From: Armatimonadota bacterium | GTDB lineage: Bacteria; Armatimonadota; UBA5829; DTLH01 | DNA: 64,000 bases | Assembly: GCA_039680575.1 (NCBI GenBank) | Contig: JBDKSP010000020.1 | Span: forward strand, 9,238-73,237 | Reading direction: 5' to 3' | Shown here: positions 48,508 to 58,847 of the stretch, piece by piece | How positions within the stretch are numbered: position 1 is the first letter of the stretch | How the letters are laid out: each line of letters opens with the position of its first letter | Translations under genes and position numbers: made by a program | The notes under the pieces: generated by a model | What the model was told of the DNA's origin: nothing | Database searches by the model: none | What the model saw: only the letters and a program-made list of their open reading frames with translations

Positions 48508-50544
48508 TTGACTACGATGAAAACTCCTTCCAAACCCACACATACACCTGGACTGTTCACAGCAGCGCTTGTGATCGTTGTGCTGGCTCTGGCTCCGTTC
48601 ATCGGAGGCAGGGATTCGGTGATCGAGACCGCTATTTTGGCTTCGATCGCACTGATTGCTCTTGGAACGATGATTTTCAGCCGGCGGTTTAGCAACCCCA
48701 TCGGTGTATGGCCGTTTGCCGTATTTGTAGGGCTTATTGCGGCATCATCCATAGTTACCGTCAGTTTCCACGCCACAATCGAACAGACTTTATACTTCGC
48801 CGCGTGTGCCGCAGCGGCGATAGCTGCATCATCGTCTCTCCGGAGCGATAAGCGGTTCATCACTGCGCTCTTTGTGCTTACCGGAGTAGGGTTGGTGCTC
48901 GGAGCTATGGCTGTTGTAGAGTATTGGGAGTCCGGCAGCGGCTGGCGGGTGTTCGGTCCGTTTTATAACCCCGGTTACTTCGGCGGTTACCTTGTAATGG
49001 TCGTCCCCATAGCGCTTGCCGTTTTTCTCACGAGCCGGTCGGTGGCTGTAGCAGCGGGCGGCGGGCTTGCCTGGGGGTTCTCTCTCGCCGCATTGCTCCT
49101 CACCGGGACCCGTTTGGCACTTGTTTTTACTCTGTTCTCGATCATTCTTTTCTTTGTTCTTGCGATATGGTGCCGAGCAATCGGTAAAAAGCAGTTGATC
49201 CATATTGCTGTCGCAGCGCTCATCGCTTTGATAGCAATATCGTTCTGCAGATCTACTGTAGAGAGCCGTGTCGAAGGTAAAGCCGCTGCTCAGCAGTCCC
49301 ATTCGTTCCCATTCAGGGTTGCGACCTGGAAAGGAACGGCGAATATAGTGCGCAAGCACCCGGTTCTGGGAACCGGCGCAGGAACATACGAGTTGGTATT
49401 CCAGAAGTATATGGTCGCGGGTTATACAAGAGTGGCTCATAACAGCTATCTCGAACTCGCCGCTGATACAGGGGTTCCCGCGCTTGCTGCAGGTGCGGTG
49501 GCGTTCGGCGTATTGTTCCTTACCGGTCTCAAAAACCTGCGCCGTGAGGATGACGAAGGTGGCAAATCCGAGCTTCTTCTGCCGCGGGGAGCAACGCTTA
49601 TGGCGTGCGCTCTGGCGGCGGCGCTTGTCGGGGCGCTCGCCCGAAACATGTTCGATTCGGATATTTACAACCCCGGAATAGGGTTCACTTTCTGGACATT
49701 GGCTGGAATACTCGCAGCCCGCGCCCCTGTTATAAAGGAAGCCAAACCATCGGCGGCGGCTCGTGTCGGGATATCCATTTTGATTGGCGCGATGATCGTC
49801 GTGTGGTCGCTTTTTGCAATGGCTAAAAGTTCGGCTGAAACGGCGGTTTTTCTGCTTCAAAACGACGATCAACCGGGTGGTATCGAGCATCTCCGCACTG
49901 CAGTTGATTATGACCCGCTCTGCGGCGAGTACCGTATGCGGCTTGGGCAATCGCTTGTTTATGTTTCAGATGGTGATGAAGCCCAGTGGAAAGAAGGGGT
50001 TGCATCGCTTAATAAGGCTATCAGGCTGGAACCGACAAGAGCGCGGAATATGATCGCACTTGCCAGGATTTTGCGCGCAAATGGCGACGATAACGGCGCA
50101 ATCCGTATGTTCGGAAAGGCGCTTATTGCGGACCCGCATGCCACACCGGCTATGGTGGCAATGGCAGACATTTGGATAAAATCGAAAAAGACACAGCTTG
50201 AGGCAGAGTTGATGTACGAGCGGCTAATAGATCAGGAAAAAAGCCCGGTCGAAGAACTCCGAGGCGTACCGGAGATTGTCAACCCGGACTATGTCTGGGC
50301 GCATTTCTATTTTGGATCGAAATATTTCTCTGAAAAAAACTGGAACGATGCAGCTAAGCAGTTCAACGCAGTGATCGAAAGGCTTGAGCTCAGAAAATCG
50401 TTCACAGTCCAGCGGCAGGCAGCAGAGGCATCAGGGATGTTCGATCCAGAAGAGGAATATGCGCTCGATGACGTGTTGCAGCGTTCAAAAGGCGGGCTTG
50501 CCAAGGCAAAAGCGAATGAAGTGAGGGCAGACGATGCCCGCTAA
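48508..50544 (+). CDS. O-antigen ligase-like membrane protein with C-terminal TPR
   Basis: GPFYNPGYFGGY, HPVLGTGAGTY, AHNSYLE; TPR-like C-terminus. Confidence 0.85.
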   Translation: MTTMKTPSKPTHTPGLFTAALVIVVLALAPFIGGRDSVIETAILASIALIALGTMIFSRRFSNPIGVWPFAVFVGLIAASSIVTVSFHATIEQTLYFAACAAAAIAASSSLRSDKRFITALFVLTGVGLVLGAMAVVEYWESGSGWRVFGPFYNPGYFGGYLVMVVPIALAVFLTSRSVAVAAGGGLAWGFSLAALLLTGTRLALVFTLFSIILFFVLAIWCRAIGKKQLIHIAVAALIALIAISFCRSTVESRVEGKAAAQQSHSFPFRVATWKGTANIVRKHPVLGTGAGTYELVFQKYMVAGYTRVAHNSYLELAADTGVPALAAGAVAFGVLFLTGLKNLRREDDEGGKSELLLPRGATLMACALAAALVGALARNMFDSDIYNPGIGFTFWTLAGILAARAPVIKEAKPSAAARVGISILIGAMIVVWSLFAMAKSSAETAVFLLQNDDQPGGIEHLRTAVDYDPLCGEYRMRLGQSLVYVSDGDEAQWKEGVASLNKAIRLEPTRARNMIALARILRANGDDNGAIRMFGKALIADPHATPAMVAMADIWIKSKKTQLEAELMYERLIDQEKSPVEELRGVPEIVNPDYVWAHFYFGSKYFSEKNWNDAAKQFNAVIERLELRKSFTVQRQAAEASGMFDPEEEYALDDVLQRSKGGLAKAKANEVRADDAR

Positions 50545-51421
50545 TGGGATCATTGTGCATTGCCGGGCCAAAATCAACCTGACGCTCGATATTCTTGACA
50601 AAAGACAGGACGGATACCACAACTTAAAGAGCGTTATGCAGTCCGTCGATATTGCGGACACGCTGCACATCAAAAAAAACGCCACTGGCTCTATCAAAAT
50701 CACGACAAGCCTGCCAGATCTCCCAACAGGCACCGAAAATACCGTGTATTCCGCATCCGAGCTCTTCTTTTCGGCTGCAGGGATAGACAGCGGTATCTCG
50801 ATATTCATCGAAAAGCGTATTCCTCATCAGGCAGGAATGGGTGGAGGGTCGAGTGACGCCGCTGGAGCGCTTTTGGGGCTCAACAAGCTGTTCGGTTCCC
50901 ATCTTTCCATAAATAGACTGACCGATCTTGCCTCTCAGATAGGGTCGGATGTCCCGTATTTTCTGTATGGAGGAACCGCCGTAATAAGCGGGCGGGGGGA
51001 GATCGTAGAAAAACTACCCGATGTGCCTAAGCTCGACCTGGTGATCGTAAAACCAGACGTTGGTGTTTCGACTGCCTGGGCATACAAGCGGTTGGCCGAA
51101 ACGGACCGGCTGAAATCATCGGCTGCTACCGATGCTGTGGTCGATGCGATAAAGAGGGGAGACCGAGCGGCAGTCATAATCAATATGTCGAATGATTTTG
51201 ATGATATTGTAGCTCTTGAGTTTTCGGAGATTGCCGAGATCAAAAACAGGCTTTATTCGCTTGGCGCAGAGCGGGCGATGCTCTCAGGAAGCGGCGCAGC
51301 GGTTTTTAGTGTGTTCGATAGCTCGAATTCGGCTGCCAATGCTGCTCGTATAATGAAACCGGATTATCCTTTTGTTGTGGCGACTGCCACCGCGACGGAA
51401 GCTGTTTGTATGGAGATGTAA
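50534..51421 (+). CDS. ispE: 4-diphosphocytidyl-2-C-methyl-D-erythritol kinase
   Basis: AKINLTL, DGYH, IPHQAGMGGGSSDAA, IGSDVP, SGSG. Confidence 0.96.
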   Translation: MPANGIIVHCRAKINLTLDILDKRQDGYHNLKSVMQSVDIADTLHIKKNATGSIKITTSLPDLPTGTENTVYSASELFFSAAGIDSGISIFIEKRIPHQAGMGGGSSDAAGALLGLNKLFGSHLSINRLTDLASQIGSDVPYFLYGGTAVISGRGEIVEKLPDVPKLDLVIVKPDVGVSTAWAYKRLAETDRLKSSAATDAVVDAIKRGDRAAVIINMSNDFDDIVALEFSEIAEIKNRLYSLGAERAMLSGSGAAVFSVFDSSNSAANAARIMKPDYPFVVATATATEAVCMEM

Positions 51422-52186
51422 ATGTCGAAAGTTGATGTGATTATAATGGCCGGAGCGCCTGCTGACCCGGATATGTGTGCTCCCGGCGAGAAAATAAGTC
51501 GAGCGATGATTAATATCGCCGGTAAAACTATGATCCAGTGGATTATGGACGCGCTGAACAGCTCAGAGACCATTTGTCGAAAGATCGCAGTAGGCGATGT
51601 CGCGGCTGACGGACTGGATGAGGTTGTAAAACCAGGTTCAGGATTTCTGGATAATCTTATGCTTGGACTGGAACGATGCCAGGGAGCTGACCGCGTGCTG
51701 GTGATGACATCCGATATACCGATGCTCACGCCCGAAGCCGTGGATGATTATGTAAACCGTGCAATAGACTCCGGCGGCGATATGTGTTACCCGATTGTTA
51801 CCCAAAAAGCCTGTCTTGAAAAATACCCTCACATGAAACGGACGTATCTCAAGACGGCTGAAGGGATGTTCACAGGCGGGAATATGATGATCCTCGGCAC
51901 CGAGTTCCTCAAGCGAAACCAGGGGCTCATTACCGAGGCCTATAATGCGCGGAAAAACCCGGTGAAACTGGCATCCATGATCGGGTTGGGGTTCCTGTTC
52001 AGATTAGTCCTCGCTCAGGTGTTGGCTCCGTCCTTGTTGCCTATTCCGATGCTGGAAAAGTCTCTGTCAAAAGCACTGAAATGCAAAATAGTCGCCATAC
52101 GGACTGATTACCCTGAAATCGGAGCCGATGTGGATAAACCGTCCGATCTGGCGGAGGTACAGACAGTGCTTAGTGATAGGGGATAG
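51422..52186 (+). CDS. MobA-like NTP transferase domain protein
   Basis: IIMAG, TSDIP, DVDKPSDL. Confidence 0.8.
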   Translation: MSKVDVIIMAGAPADPDMCAPGEKISRAMINIAGKTMIQWIMDALNSSETICRKIAVGDVAADGLDEVVKPGSGFLDNLMLGLERCQGADRVLVMTSDIPMLTPEAVDDYVNRAIDSGGDMCYPIVTQKACLEKYPHMKRTYLKTAEGMFTGGNMMILGTEFLKRNQGLITEAYNARKNPVKLASMIGLGFLFRLVLAQVLAPSLLPIPMLEKSLSKALKCKIVAIRTDYPEIGADVDKPSDLAEVQTVLSDRG

Positions 52187-52224
52187 GGAACAGAATCTCA
52201 TATGCTTGTATGGTTTGAAGTATG

Positions 52225-52410
52225 GTAACTCAAGAAGTTATGATTGAGATACCGGGGTGGAGGGGCTAGCTATGCTTCTGCGTCCTCTGACAAGGACGAC
52301 AGCGTCCCGAAGACATCCCCCACCTCCATATAAGCGTCAATTGGAATATTGCGGCTCCTAGTGGAGACCGACTATCACGCAAGCAAACGCTCGTGGAGAT
52401 CCACCCCGAA
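52225..52410 (+). ncRNA. Predicted bridge RNA (boundaries approximate)
   Basis: tatgcttc (52271-52278) equals the left target; gtcccgaag (52304-52312) is the reverse complement of the right target; they flank the hairpin cgtcct-ctgaca-aggacg; second loop has imperfect donor matches. Confidence 0.75.
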
Positions 52411-52432
52411 CTACAAGCGAGGTAATTATAGC

Positions 52433-53356
52433 ATGAAGTTCTATGGAGTGGATGTAAGCAAGGATACCCTAGACATCTGTAGCGATGCCAAGATAGTGCA
52501 GATCGGTAATGACAAGAAGTCTATCAGGTCCTTTCTTAAGAGTGTATCTTCCGGCAGCGTGGTGGCAATGGAGTCGACCAATAAGTATCATCTGGTGATG
52601 GCAGATTTATGTTATGCGGCTGGGATGAAGGTGTATGTGGTGAATCCTCGCATGACTCGCCACTACCGGGAAGCTCTGAATCTGCGCGGTCATACTGACA
52701 GGCTGGATGCAAAGACGATTAGCTCGTATATTAAGCATCATCACGATGATCTGCGTCCTTATGTGCCTAAGTCCACCGACCAGCGGAGACTGCAGGGCAT
52801 AATCCGCAGGAGAGCGAAGCTCGTAGCAGTCAAAGTGCAACTGCACCAAAGCATGCAGGAAATCAAGGAACTCAAGAGTGATCTGGATGCTGTGCTAAAA
52901 CGTATAGATAAGATGCTGGTTCAGATCGATGTGCTCATAGACAAGCAATTGGAAGGTAACGTAGGTCGTGATCGGCTTGCAACAATAACAAGTGTAGGCC
53001 CAGTAGTGAGCGCGGCTCTGGTTGCCGATTTGGATGCAGGGGAGTTTGTAAGCGCTGATGCCTTTGTTGCATTCTATGGACTTGACCCGGTGCCCAATGA
53101 CTCCGGCAAGTCCAGGGGCAAAAGGAAGATCAGCAAGAAAGGCCATAGACTTGGTAGGACCCTGCTCTATGTCTCCGCACTGTCGGCAGCCAGCTCAAAA
53201 GCCTGGAAGCCAGTATACGAGCACATACTCGCAAAGGGCCTCACGCGGGTGTAGGCATTGGTTTGCCTTGCCCGCAAGATAGCCCGAACTGCCTGGTCGG
53301 TATATACACATAAGACAGTGTTTGAGGCAGAAAGACTACTTGTGGGCTTGACATAA
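52433..53356 (+). pseudogene. IS110 recombinase with premature in-frame TAG at 53252-53254
   Basis: GVDVSK, MESTNKY, HTDRLDA, DSGKSRG; after TAG the frame continues ALVCLARKIARTAW...GLT-TAA. Confidence 0.88.
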
Positions 53357-53368
53357 AGCATAGAATCT

Positions 53369-53620
53369 TCGGGACCGTAGTTCGTCCCGAAGCACACTCT
53401 CCACTAATCTATCCCCTTGCTCGGTAGGGATTTGCAATCCCTGCCGGAGAGGCAAGTGAGGCATCTGTGATGCCGGATATGCAAGATTAGATTGCTATTA
53501 CACATCCGGGATCAGAGATCCCTCTTATGTCAGTCCGGGCTGCATTGCAAATACAGCCCGAGTAGGGGGAACAGAAGAAATAGTGGATGTTTTCTTCCCG
53601 AAGCACGAATTTCCACTAAT
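53369..53620. repeat. Composite repeat: split family B palindrome, family C doublet and family B half-copy
   Basis: Family C part is an inverted homolog of 42971-43106. Confidence 0.85.
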
Positions 53621-53665
53621 CCCATCTGATGGCTGAATACTGATTACTGAAAGCTTGCCAATTCA

Positions 53666-53694
53666 TTGTATCAGTTGACATTGCTTGCTATAAT
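53666..53694 (+). promoter_or_regulatory. Putative sigma70 promoter of the fumarase/sdh genes
   Basis: TTGTAT-17 bp-TATAAT with extended -10 TG. Confidence 0.6.
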
Positions 53695-53757
53695 ACATCT
53701 GGCTGGCGGGCGGCGTTGCCCGTGTAAGCGCCCGAGGCCGCAACTTGAGGGTATAAT

Positions 53758-54600
53758 ATGAGAGAGATAAACGCATCTGCTATCACAAATGCCGTTGCGG
53801 CGGCCTGTATGGCTGCCAACTATGAACTGCCTGAAGACGTCGAACAAGCACTTCAGGATGGATTGGTAAACGAAGAATCTCCAGTAGGAAAGGATATCTT
53901 CTACCAACTCATCGAAAACGCCAGGATCGCTCGTGAGGAATCGGTTCCAATCTGCCAGGATACCGGCTTTACGGTGATATTTGTCCGCATTGGGCAGGAA
54001 GTCCATATCACCGGAGGCGGGCTGGCAGACGCCATAAACGAAGGCGTCAGGCGAGGCTATGCTGAAGGTTTCCTCCGAAAGTCGATAGTCGCTCATCCTC
54101 TGGAGCGAATCAACACTGGCGATAACACCCCCGCAATCATCCACACAGAAATCATTCCCGGCGATCAGCTTTATATTACTATTGCCCCCAAAGGCGGAGG
54201 CAGCGGGAATATGAGCGGTGTCCGCATGTTGAAGCCTTCGGATGGTGTTGAGGGTGTCAAAAAGTATGTTGTGGAGTTGGTGAAGTCTGCCGGATCAAAT
54301 CCGTGTCCGCCTATCATAATCGGAGTCGGTATCGGCGGAACGATGGAGAAGGCTGCAATCATGGCAATGGACGCAGTGCTCCGTGAGGTCGGCAAACACA
54401 GCGATAACGCGTATGATGCGGCGCTCGAAGATGAGTTACTCAGGCTGGTAAACGACACCGGCGTAGGTCCCGGGGGACTTGGCGGCCGGATAACCGCGCT
54501 TGCGGTAAATGTGGAGACATATCCCGCGCATATCGCGAGCCTGCCGGTCGCCGTCAATATCCAGTGCCACGCAGCGCGGCATAAGGAGATAATACTTTAG
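53758..54600 (+). CDS. Class I fumarate hydratase / tartrate dehydratase-type alpha subunit
   Basis: PICQDTG, NTGDNTP, PKGGGS, NPCPP, GVGIGG, QCHAAR. Confidence 0.92.
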   Translation: MREINASAITNAVAAACMAANYELPEDVEQALQDGLVNEESPVGKDIFYQLIENARIAREESVPICQDTGFTVIFVRIGQEVHITGGGLADAINEGVRRGYAEGFLRKSIVAHPLERINTGDNTPAIIHTEIIPGDQLYITIAPKGGGSGNMSGVRMLKPSDGVEGVKKYVVELVKSAGSNPCPPIIIGVGIGGTMEKAAIMAMDAVLREVGKHSDNAYDAALEDELLRLVNDTGVGPGGLGGRITALAVNVETYPAHIASLPVAVNIQCHAARHKEIIL

Positions 54601-54624
54601 GGAACAGGTGATAGGGAACAGAAT

Positions 54625-54862
54625 CACGTCACCCTGAGCTTGACTCAGAGTCCATTTTCTTCCTGGATGCTGAATCAAGTTCAGCATGACGTATTCTCTT
54701 TGCTTCGGACTGCTTGCTCTCGCATCATCTAAAGTTTCAGTCAATTGTGACTGAAACTCTCCGAAGAATTTTCGGCTATGGCCGAAAATCCATAGATGAT
54801 GCTTCGGGACCGCAGTTCGTCCAACCCCGTGGACCTACCGGACCACGGGGAGAAGCACGACG
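54625..54862. repeat. Repeat cluster: family A(-), family D(-), and family B interrupted by palindrome E
   Basis: A 54625-54693; D 54733-54795; B 54800-54860 with insert 54823-54851. Confidence 0.85.
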
Positions 54863-54916
54863 TTCACAAATTCCTCCCTACTGATTGCTGATAGCTAAAA
54901 AAAGCGAGATGAGAAA

Positions 54917-55486
54917 ATGGACGAACCAATAAGACTTACGACACCAGTATCGGAAGAGGATGTTCGAAATCTTCGGGCGGGGGATCAGGTTTTGCTGTCC
55001 GGCGTGATATATACCGGGCGCGATGCAGCCCACAAGAGGTTGATCGAGCTTCTACAGGCAGGGAAAGAGCTTCCATTTGATCTAAAAGGGCAAATCATTT
55101 ATTATGTTGGTCCAGCACCTGCAAAACCGGGCGAGGTAATCGGCTCGGCTGGCCCGACTACGAGCGGGCGGATGGACATCTATGCCCCTCTGCTCATTGA
55201 GCGCGGTCTTAAGGGCATGATAGGGAAGGGACTCCGCAATCAGACAGTGATCGATGCTATGAAGAAGCATGGAGCCGTTTATTTCGGAGCTACCGGCGGG
55301 GCGGCTGCTCTTCTTGCAAAAAAGATCACGGCCTGTGAGATTGTGGCCTATGAAGAGCTGGGGACTGAGGCTATTTGCAGGTTGGTGGTCGAGGACTTTC
55401 CTGTTATAGTTGTAAACGACACTCATGGCGGAGACCTTTATAAAGAAGGGGTGAAGTCGTACGAGCGAGTATCGGGAGAAGCCTGA
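54917..55486 (+). CDS. Class I fumarate hydratase beta subunit
   Basis: TGRDAAHKR, GPTTSGRM, MIGKG. Confidence 0.92.
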   Translation: MDEPIRLTTPVSEEDVRNLRAGDQVLLSGVIYTGRDAAHKRLIELLQAGKELPFDLKGQIIYYVGPAPAKPGEVIGSAGPTTSGRMDIYAPLLIERGLKGMIGKGLRNQTVIDAMKKHGAVYFGATGGAAALLAKKITACEIVAYEELGTEAICRLVVEDFPVIVVNDTHGGDLYKEGVKSYERVSGEA

Positions 55487-55588
55487 AGACACTGTCCGCC
55501 TACTGGCGGACGCTTCGGCAGCAAGCAAGGAATCCGTGATTTAGAAGCTGACGGCTGATAGCTGACAGCTATTGAAAGGAGAATATTC

Positions 55589-55942
55589 ATGTATCGAGGC
55601 AGGGAGGGGATGTGGTCCTGGGTCCTGCACCGCGTAGCCGGTGTCGGGATTTTTGTCTTTTTGATAGCCCACATCGTTGACACTTCCTTTGTCGGGTGGG
55701 GATCAACGCTGTACGATCACACGGTAAAGAACCTCTATAGAACACCAATCGGTAAGATGGGGGAAATAGTACTTATCGGAGCCGTATTGTTCCACGCGAT
55801 AAACGGGATCCGAATTATCGTTATCGACTTTGTACCGAGGGCGACAAGGTTACACCGGCAGCTGTTCTATGCCGTAGCCGTCGTTTTTCTCGCACTTTTC
55901 ATTCCGGGCGCGCTCTATCTGGCCCGCGCGATATTCAATTAG
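55589..55942 (+). CDS. sdhC: Succinate dehydrogenase cytochrome b subunit
   Basis: WVLHRVAG, FHAINGIRI. Confidence 0.9.
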   Translation: MYRGREGMWSWVLHRVAGVGIFVFLIAHIVDTSFVGWGSTLYDHTVKNLYRTPIGKMGEIVLIGAVLFHAINGIRIIVIDFVPRATRLHRQLFYAVAVVFLALFIPGALYLARAIFN

Positions 55943-55954
55943 GAGGCGCTCCCG

Positions 55955-56323
55955 ATGTTGAGAAAAACAACGAAACCCAGGGACAACTTCGAGCTTCGGA
56001 GCTGGTACTTTATGAGAGTATCCGGCGCGCTCATAGTCGTCCTCGTGATGATCCACCTCGCTTTCGTTCATTTTGTCCACGGCGTTGATGAGATCGATAC
56101 TAAATTCGTTTTAAACCGATGGGCGAACCCCACATGGCGTCTGCTCGACTTCTCGCTTCTCTTTTTGGCGCTGTTACATGGCGCAAACGGGATGCGTATA
56201 CTGATCGACGATTATATTCATGCTAAAGGTTGGCGCACGGTCATACTGACAGGGCTTTACACGCTGACGATCTCTCTTTTGGTGCTCGGCGGGCTCGTTA
56301 TGCTGACATCACAGCCTCGATAG
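55955..56323 (+). CDS. sdhD: Succinate dehydrogenase membrane anchor
   Basis: [14 protein letters not shown]...DDY. Confidence 0.9.
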   Translation: MLRKTTKPRDNFELRSWYFMRVSGALIVVLVMIHLAFVHFVHGVDEIDTKFVLNRWANPTWRLLDFSLLFLALLHGANGMRILIDDYIHAKGWRTVILTGLYTLTISLLVLGGLVMLTSQPR

Positions 56324-56333
56324 GAGAAGATTT

Positions 56334-58058
56334 ATGTATCACAGGCACGATGCGATAATAGTCGGCGCAGGCGGAGCGGGGCTGAGAGCAGCCATCGAGC
56401 TCTTCGGTAAGGCCGACGTTGCGGTTATAAGCAAACTTTATCCTACAAGATCACATACAGGCACTGCGCAGGGAGGAATTGGCGCCGCGCTCGGAAACCA
56501 GGAAGAAGACGATCCTGAGTGGCATGCTTTCGATACCGTCAAGGGAAGCGATTACCTTGGCGATCAGGATGCAATCGAGCTCATGTGCCGCGAGGCGATA
56601 GACGCGGTCTACGATCTGGAGCACATGGGGCTTCCGTTCTCCAGGACTCCCGACGGTAAGATAGCCCAGCGGAGATTCGGCGGGCACACCAGGAACTTCG
56701 GCGAGGCGCTCGTAATGCGGTCCTGCTACGCCGCGGACCGGACGGGGCACATGATCCTCCAAACACTCTACCAGCAGTGCATCAAGCACAATGTGAAGTT
56801 TTACGATGAGTTCCACGTGCTGGACATAATCATAAACGACGGCGCCTGCTGCGGAGTTGTGGCTTACGAGCTTGCAACCGGAGAACTGCACGTTTTCCAC
56901 GCGAAAACCGTGCTCTTTGCCACAGGCGGCTGCGGCAAGATGTATAAAGTCACATCGAACGCACACGCTCTAACGGGCGACGGCATAGCAATCCCGTTTA
57001 GAAAAGGACTTCCGATCGAGGATATGGAGTTCTTCCAGTTCCACCCAACCGGAATCTACAAAATGGGAATCCTCATCACTGAGGGTGCACGCGGAGAAGG
57101 CGGAATCCTGATTAACGGCAAGGGTGAGCGGTTTATGGAGAAATACGCTCCTTCCGTCAAAGACCTTGCACCTCGAGACGTCATCGCCAGGTCGATCTAT
57201 CTAGAAATCCGTGAGGGCAGGGGAGTCGAAGGAAAGGATTACGTTTATCTGGACCTGACACATCTTGGGCGCGATGTGATCGAAAAGAAACTTCCTGATA
57301 TTACAGACTTTGTCCGTACATATCTCGGCATCGATCCGGTGGAAAAACCGATCCCGATCCAGCCAACGGCACACTATGCTATGGGCGGCATCCCGACGAA
57401 TGTGGACGGATGTGTGCTCATCGATGAGAAAAACACCGTAATGCCGGGGTTTTATGCAGCCGGTGAGTGCGCATGTGTATCTATTCACGGCGCCAACAGG
57501 CTTGGAACGAACTCTCTTGTGGATATTCAGGTGTTCGGTAAACGCGCCGGGAAGCACATGGCCGAGTATTCAGCAGATAACGATTTCAAGCCGCTGCCGG
57601 AGGACCCTGCGGGGATGGCCAGAAGAGAGATCGAGCGGCTGAAGACAAACCCCGGCGGCGAATCTGCAGCAAAGATCAGGGCGGAGCTTCAGGAAGCGAT
57701 GATGGACAATGCATCGGTCTTCAGGACTGCCGAAACTCTCGGTGCGATGAGAAAGAAGCTCGCCGAACTTCAGGAGAGATACAGGAAGGTGGCTGTCGAG
57801 GACAAGGGCACTTCTTATAATACAGACCTGATGGAAGCCTGTGAGTTGGGATACCTTCTCGATCTGGCAGATGCGCTGCTCGTCTCCGCTGAAGCCAGGA
57901 CCGAAAGCCGCGGCGCGCACTGCCGGGAGGATTATCCCAAGAGGGATGATGTCAACTGGCTGAAGCACACATTTGCCTACAAGACTGATTCAGGGATTCG
58001 TCTGGCTTACGAGCCGGTAACTATCACCAAGTTCCAGCCAAAAGAGAGAAAATATTAA
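56334..58058 (+). CDS. sdhA: Succinate dehydrogenase flavoprotein
   Basis: [29 protein letters not shown]. Confidence 0.97.
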   Translation: MYHRHDAIIVGAGGAGLRAAIELFGKADVAVISKLYPTRSHTGTAQGGIGAALGNQEEDDPEWHAFDTVKGSDYLGDQDAIELMCREAIDAVYDLEHMGLPFSRTPDGKIAQRRFGGHTRNFGEALVMRSCYAADRTGHMILQTLYQQCIKHNVKFYDEFHVLDIIINDGACCGVVAYELATGELHVFHAKTVLFATGGCGKMYKVTSNAHALTGDGIAIPFRKGLPIEDMEFFQFHPTGIYKMGILITEGARGEGGILINGKGERFMEKYAPSVKDLAPRDVIARSIYLEIREGRGVEGKDYVYLDLTHLGRDVIEKKLPDITDFVRTYLGIDPVEKPIPIQPTAHYAMGGIPTNVDGCVLIDEKNTVMPGFYAAGECACVSIHGANRLGTNSLVDIQVFGKRAGKHMAEYSADNDFKPLPEDPAGMARREIERLKTNPGGESAAKIRAELQEAMMDNASVFRTAETLGAMRKKLAELQERYRKVAVEDKGTSYNTDLMEACELGYLLDLADALLVSAEARTESRGAHCREDYPKRDDVNWLKHTFAYKTDSGIRLAYEPVTITKFQPKERKY

Positions 58059-58068
58059 GGGTGCGACT

Positions 58069-58767
58069 ATGCAGGTAACGCTTAAGATAAAAAGATATGA
58101 TCCCGAACGGGATAAAAGGCCGGTATTCAAGGAATACTCGGTTGAGGTGGAGCCGACGGACCGTGTGCTGGACGCTATGAACAAGGTGAAGTGGTACCAG
58201 GACGGCACGCTTTCCTATCGCCGGTCTTGTGCGCATGGCATCTGCGGCTCCGACGCGATGATCATAAACGGAGTAAACCGGCTCGCGTGTAAGACGCTCA
58301 TTCAGGATGTCGGAAAGCACATCACACTAGAGCCTCTTGCCGGTTTCAAGGTGCTGAAGGACCTCATCGTCGATATGGAGCCATTCTTCGCTCAATACCG
58401 GGCAGTAATGCCGTATCTGATCAACCATGATGCGACGCCGATCAAAGAGAGATTGCAGAGCCCGGAGGAACGCGAGGTCTTCGACGATACCACGAAGTGC
58501 ATCCTGTGCGCTTCATGCACGACTTCATGCCCGATCTACTGGGCAAATCCGAGCTATGTCGGTCCTGCGGCGATAGTGAACGCTCACAGGTTCATCTTCG
58601 ACAGCCGCGACCAGGGCTCGGCTGAGCGGCTGGATATTTTGAACAACCGTTCAGGAGTCTGGCGCTGCCGGACTATCTTCAACTGCACGGAAGCCTGTCC
58701 GAGAGAGATCGAAGTCACCCGCGCGATAGAAGATGTCAAACGGGCGATACTCTACGGAGAGGTATAA
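58069..58767 (+). CDS. sdhB: Succinate dehydrogenase iron-sulfur subunit
   Basis: SCAHGICGSD, CILCASCTTSCP, CRTIFNCTEACP. Confidence 0.97.
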   Translation: MQVTLKIKRYDPERDKRPVFKEYSVEVEPTDRVLDAMNKVKWYQDGTLSYRRSCAHGICGSDAMIINGVNRLACKTLIQDVGKHITLEPLAGFKVLKDLIVDMEPFFAQYRAVMPYLINHDATPIKERLQSPEEREVFDDTTKCILCASCTTSCPIYWANPSYVGPAAIVNAHRFIFDSRDQGSAERLDILNNRSGVWRCRTIFNCTEACPREIEVTRAIEDVKRAILYGEV

Positions 58768-58847
58768 AATAGAGCTGACAGCTATCAACCATCAGCTGTC
58801 AGCTTTTTATGATGCTTGATCTGTGAATATATCCGGCTCCTTCGGTG

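Larger units (their letters stand above)
52207..53368 (+). mobile_element. IS110 family insertion sequence (IS621-like organisation), about 1.16 kb, inserted in a family B palindrome
   Basis: CT at 52205-52206 and 53367-53368; excision restores catatgCTtcgggaccgtagttcgtcccgaagcac; long non-coding left end; DEDD recombinase. Confidence 0.92.

Noticed and set aside
52349..52432. 28-aa N-terminal extension of the recombinase in the ORF track
   Set aside because: The true start is more likely the ATG at 52433 (gagg RBS; GVDVSK begins at residue 5); the extension overlaps the predicted RNA
53252..53254. Pyrrolysine or programmed read-through of the IS110 TAG
   Set aside because: No pyl genes in the window; a point mutation is simpler
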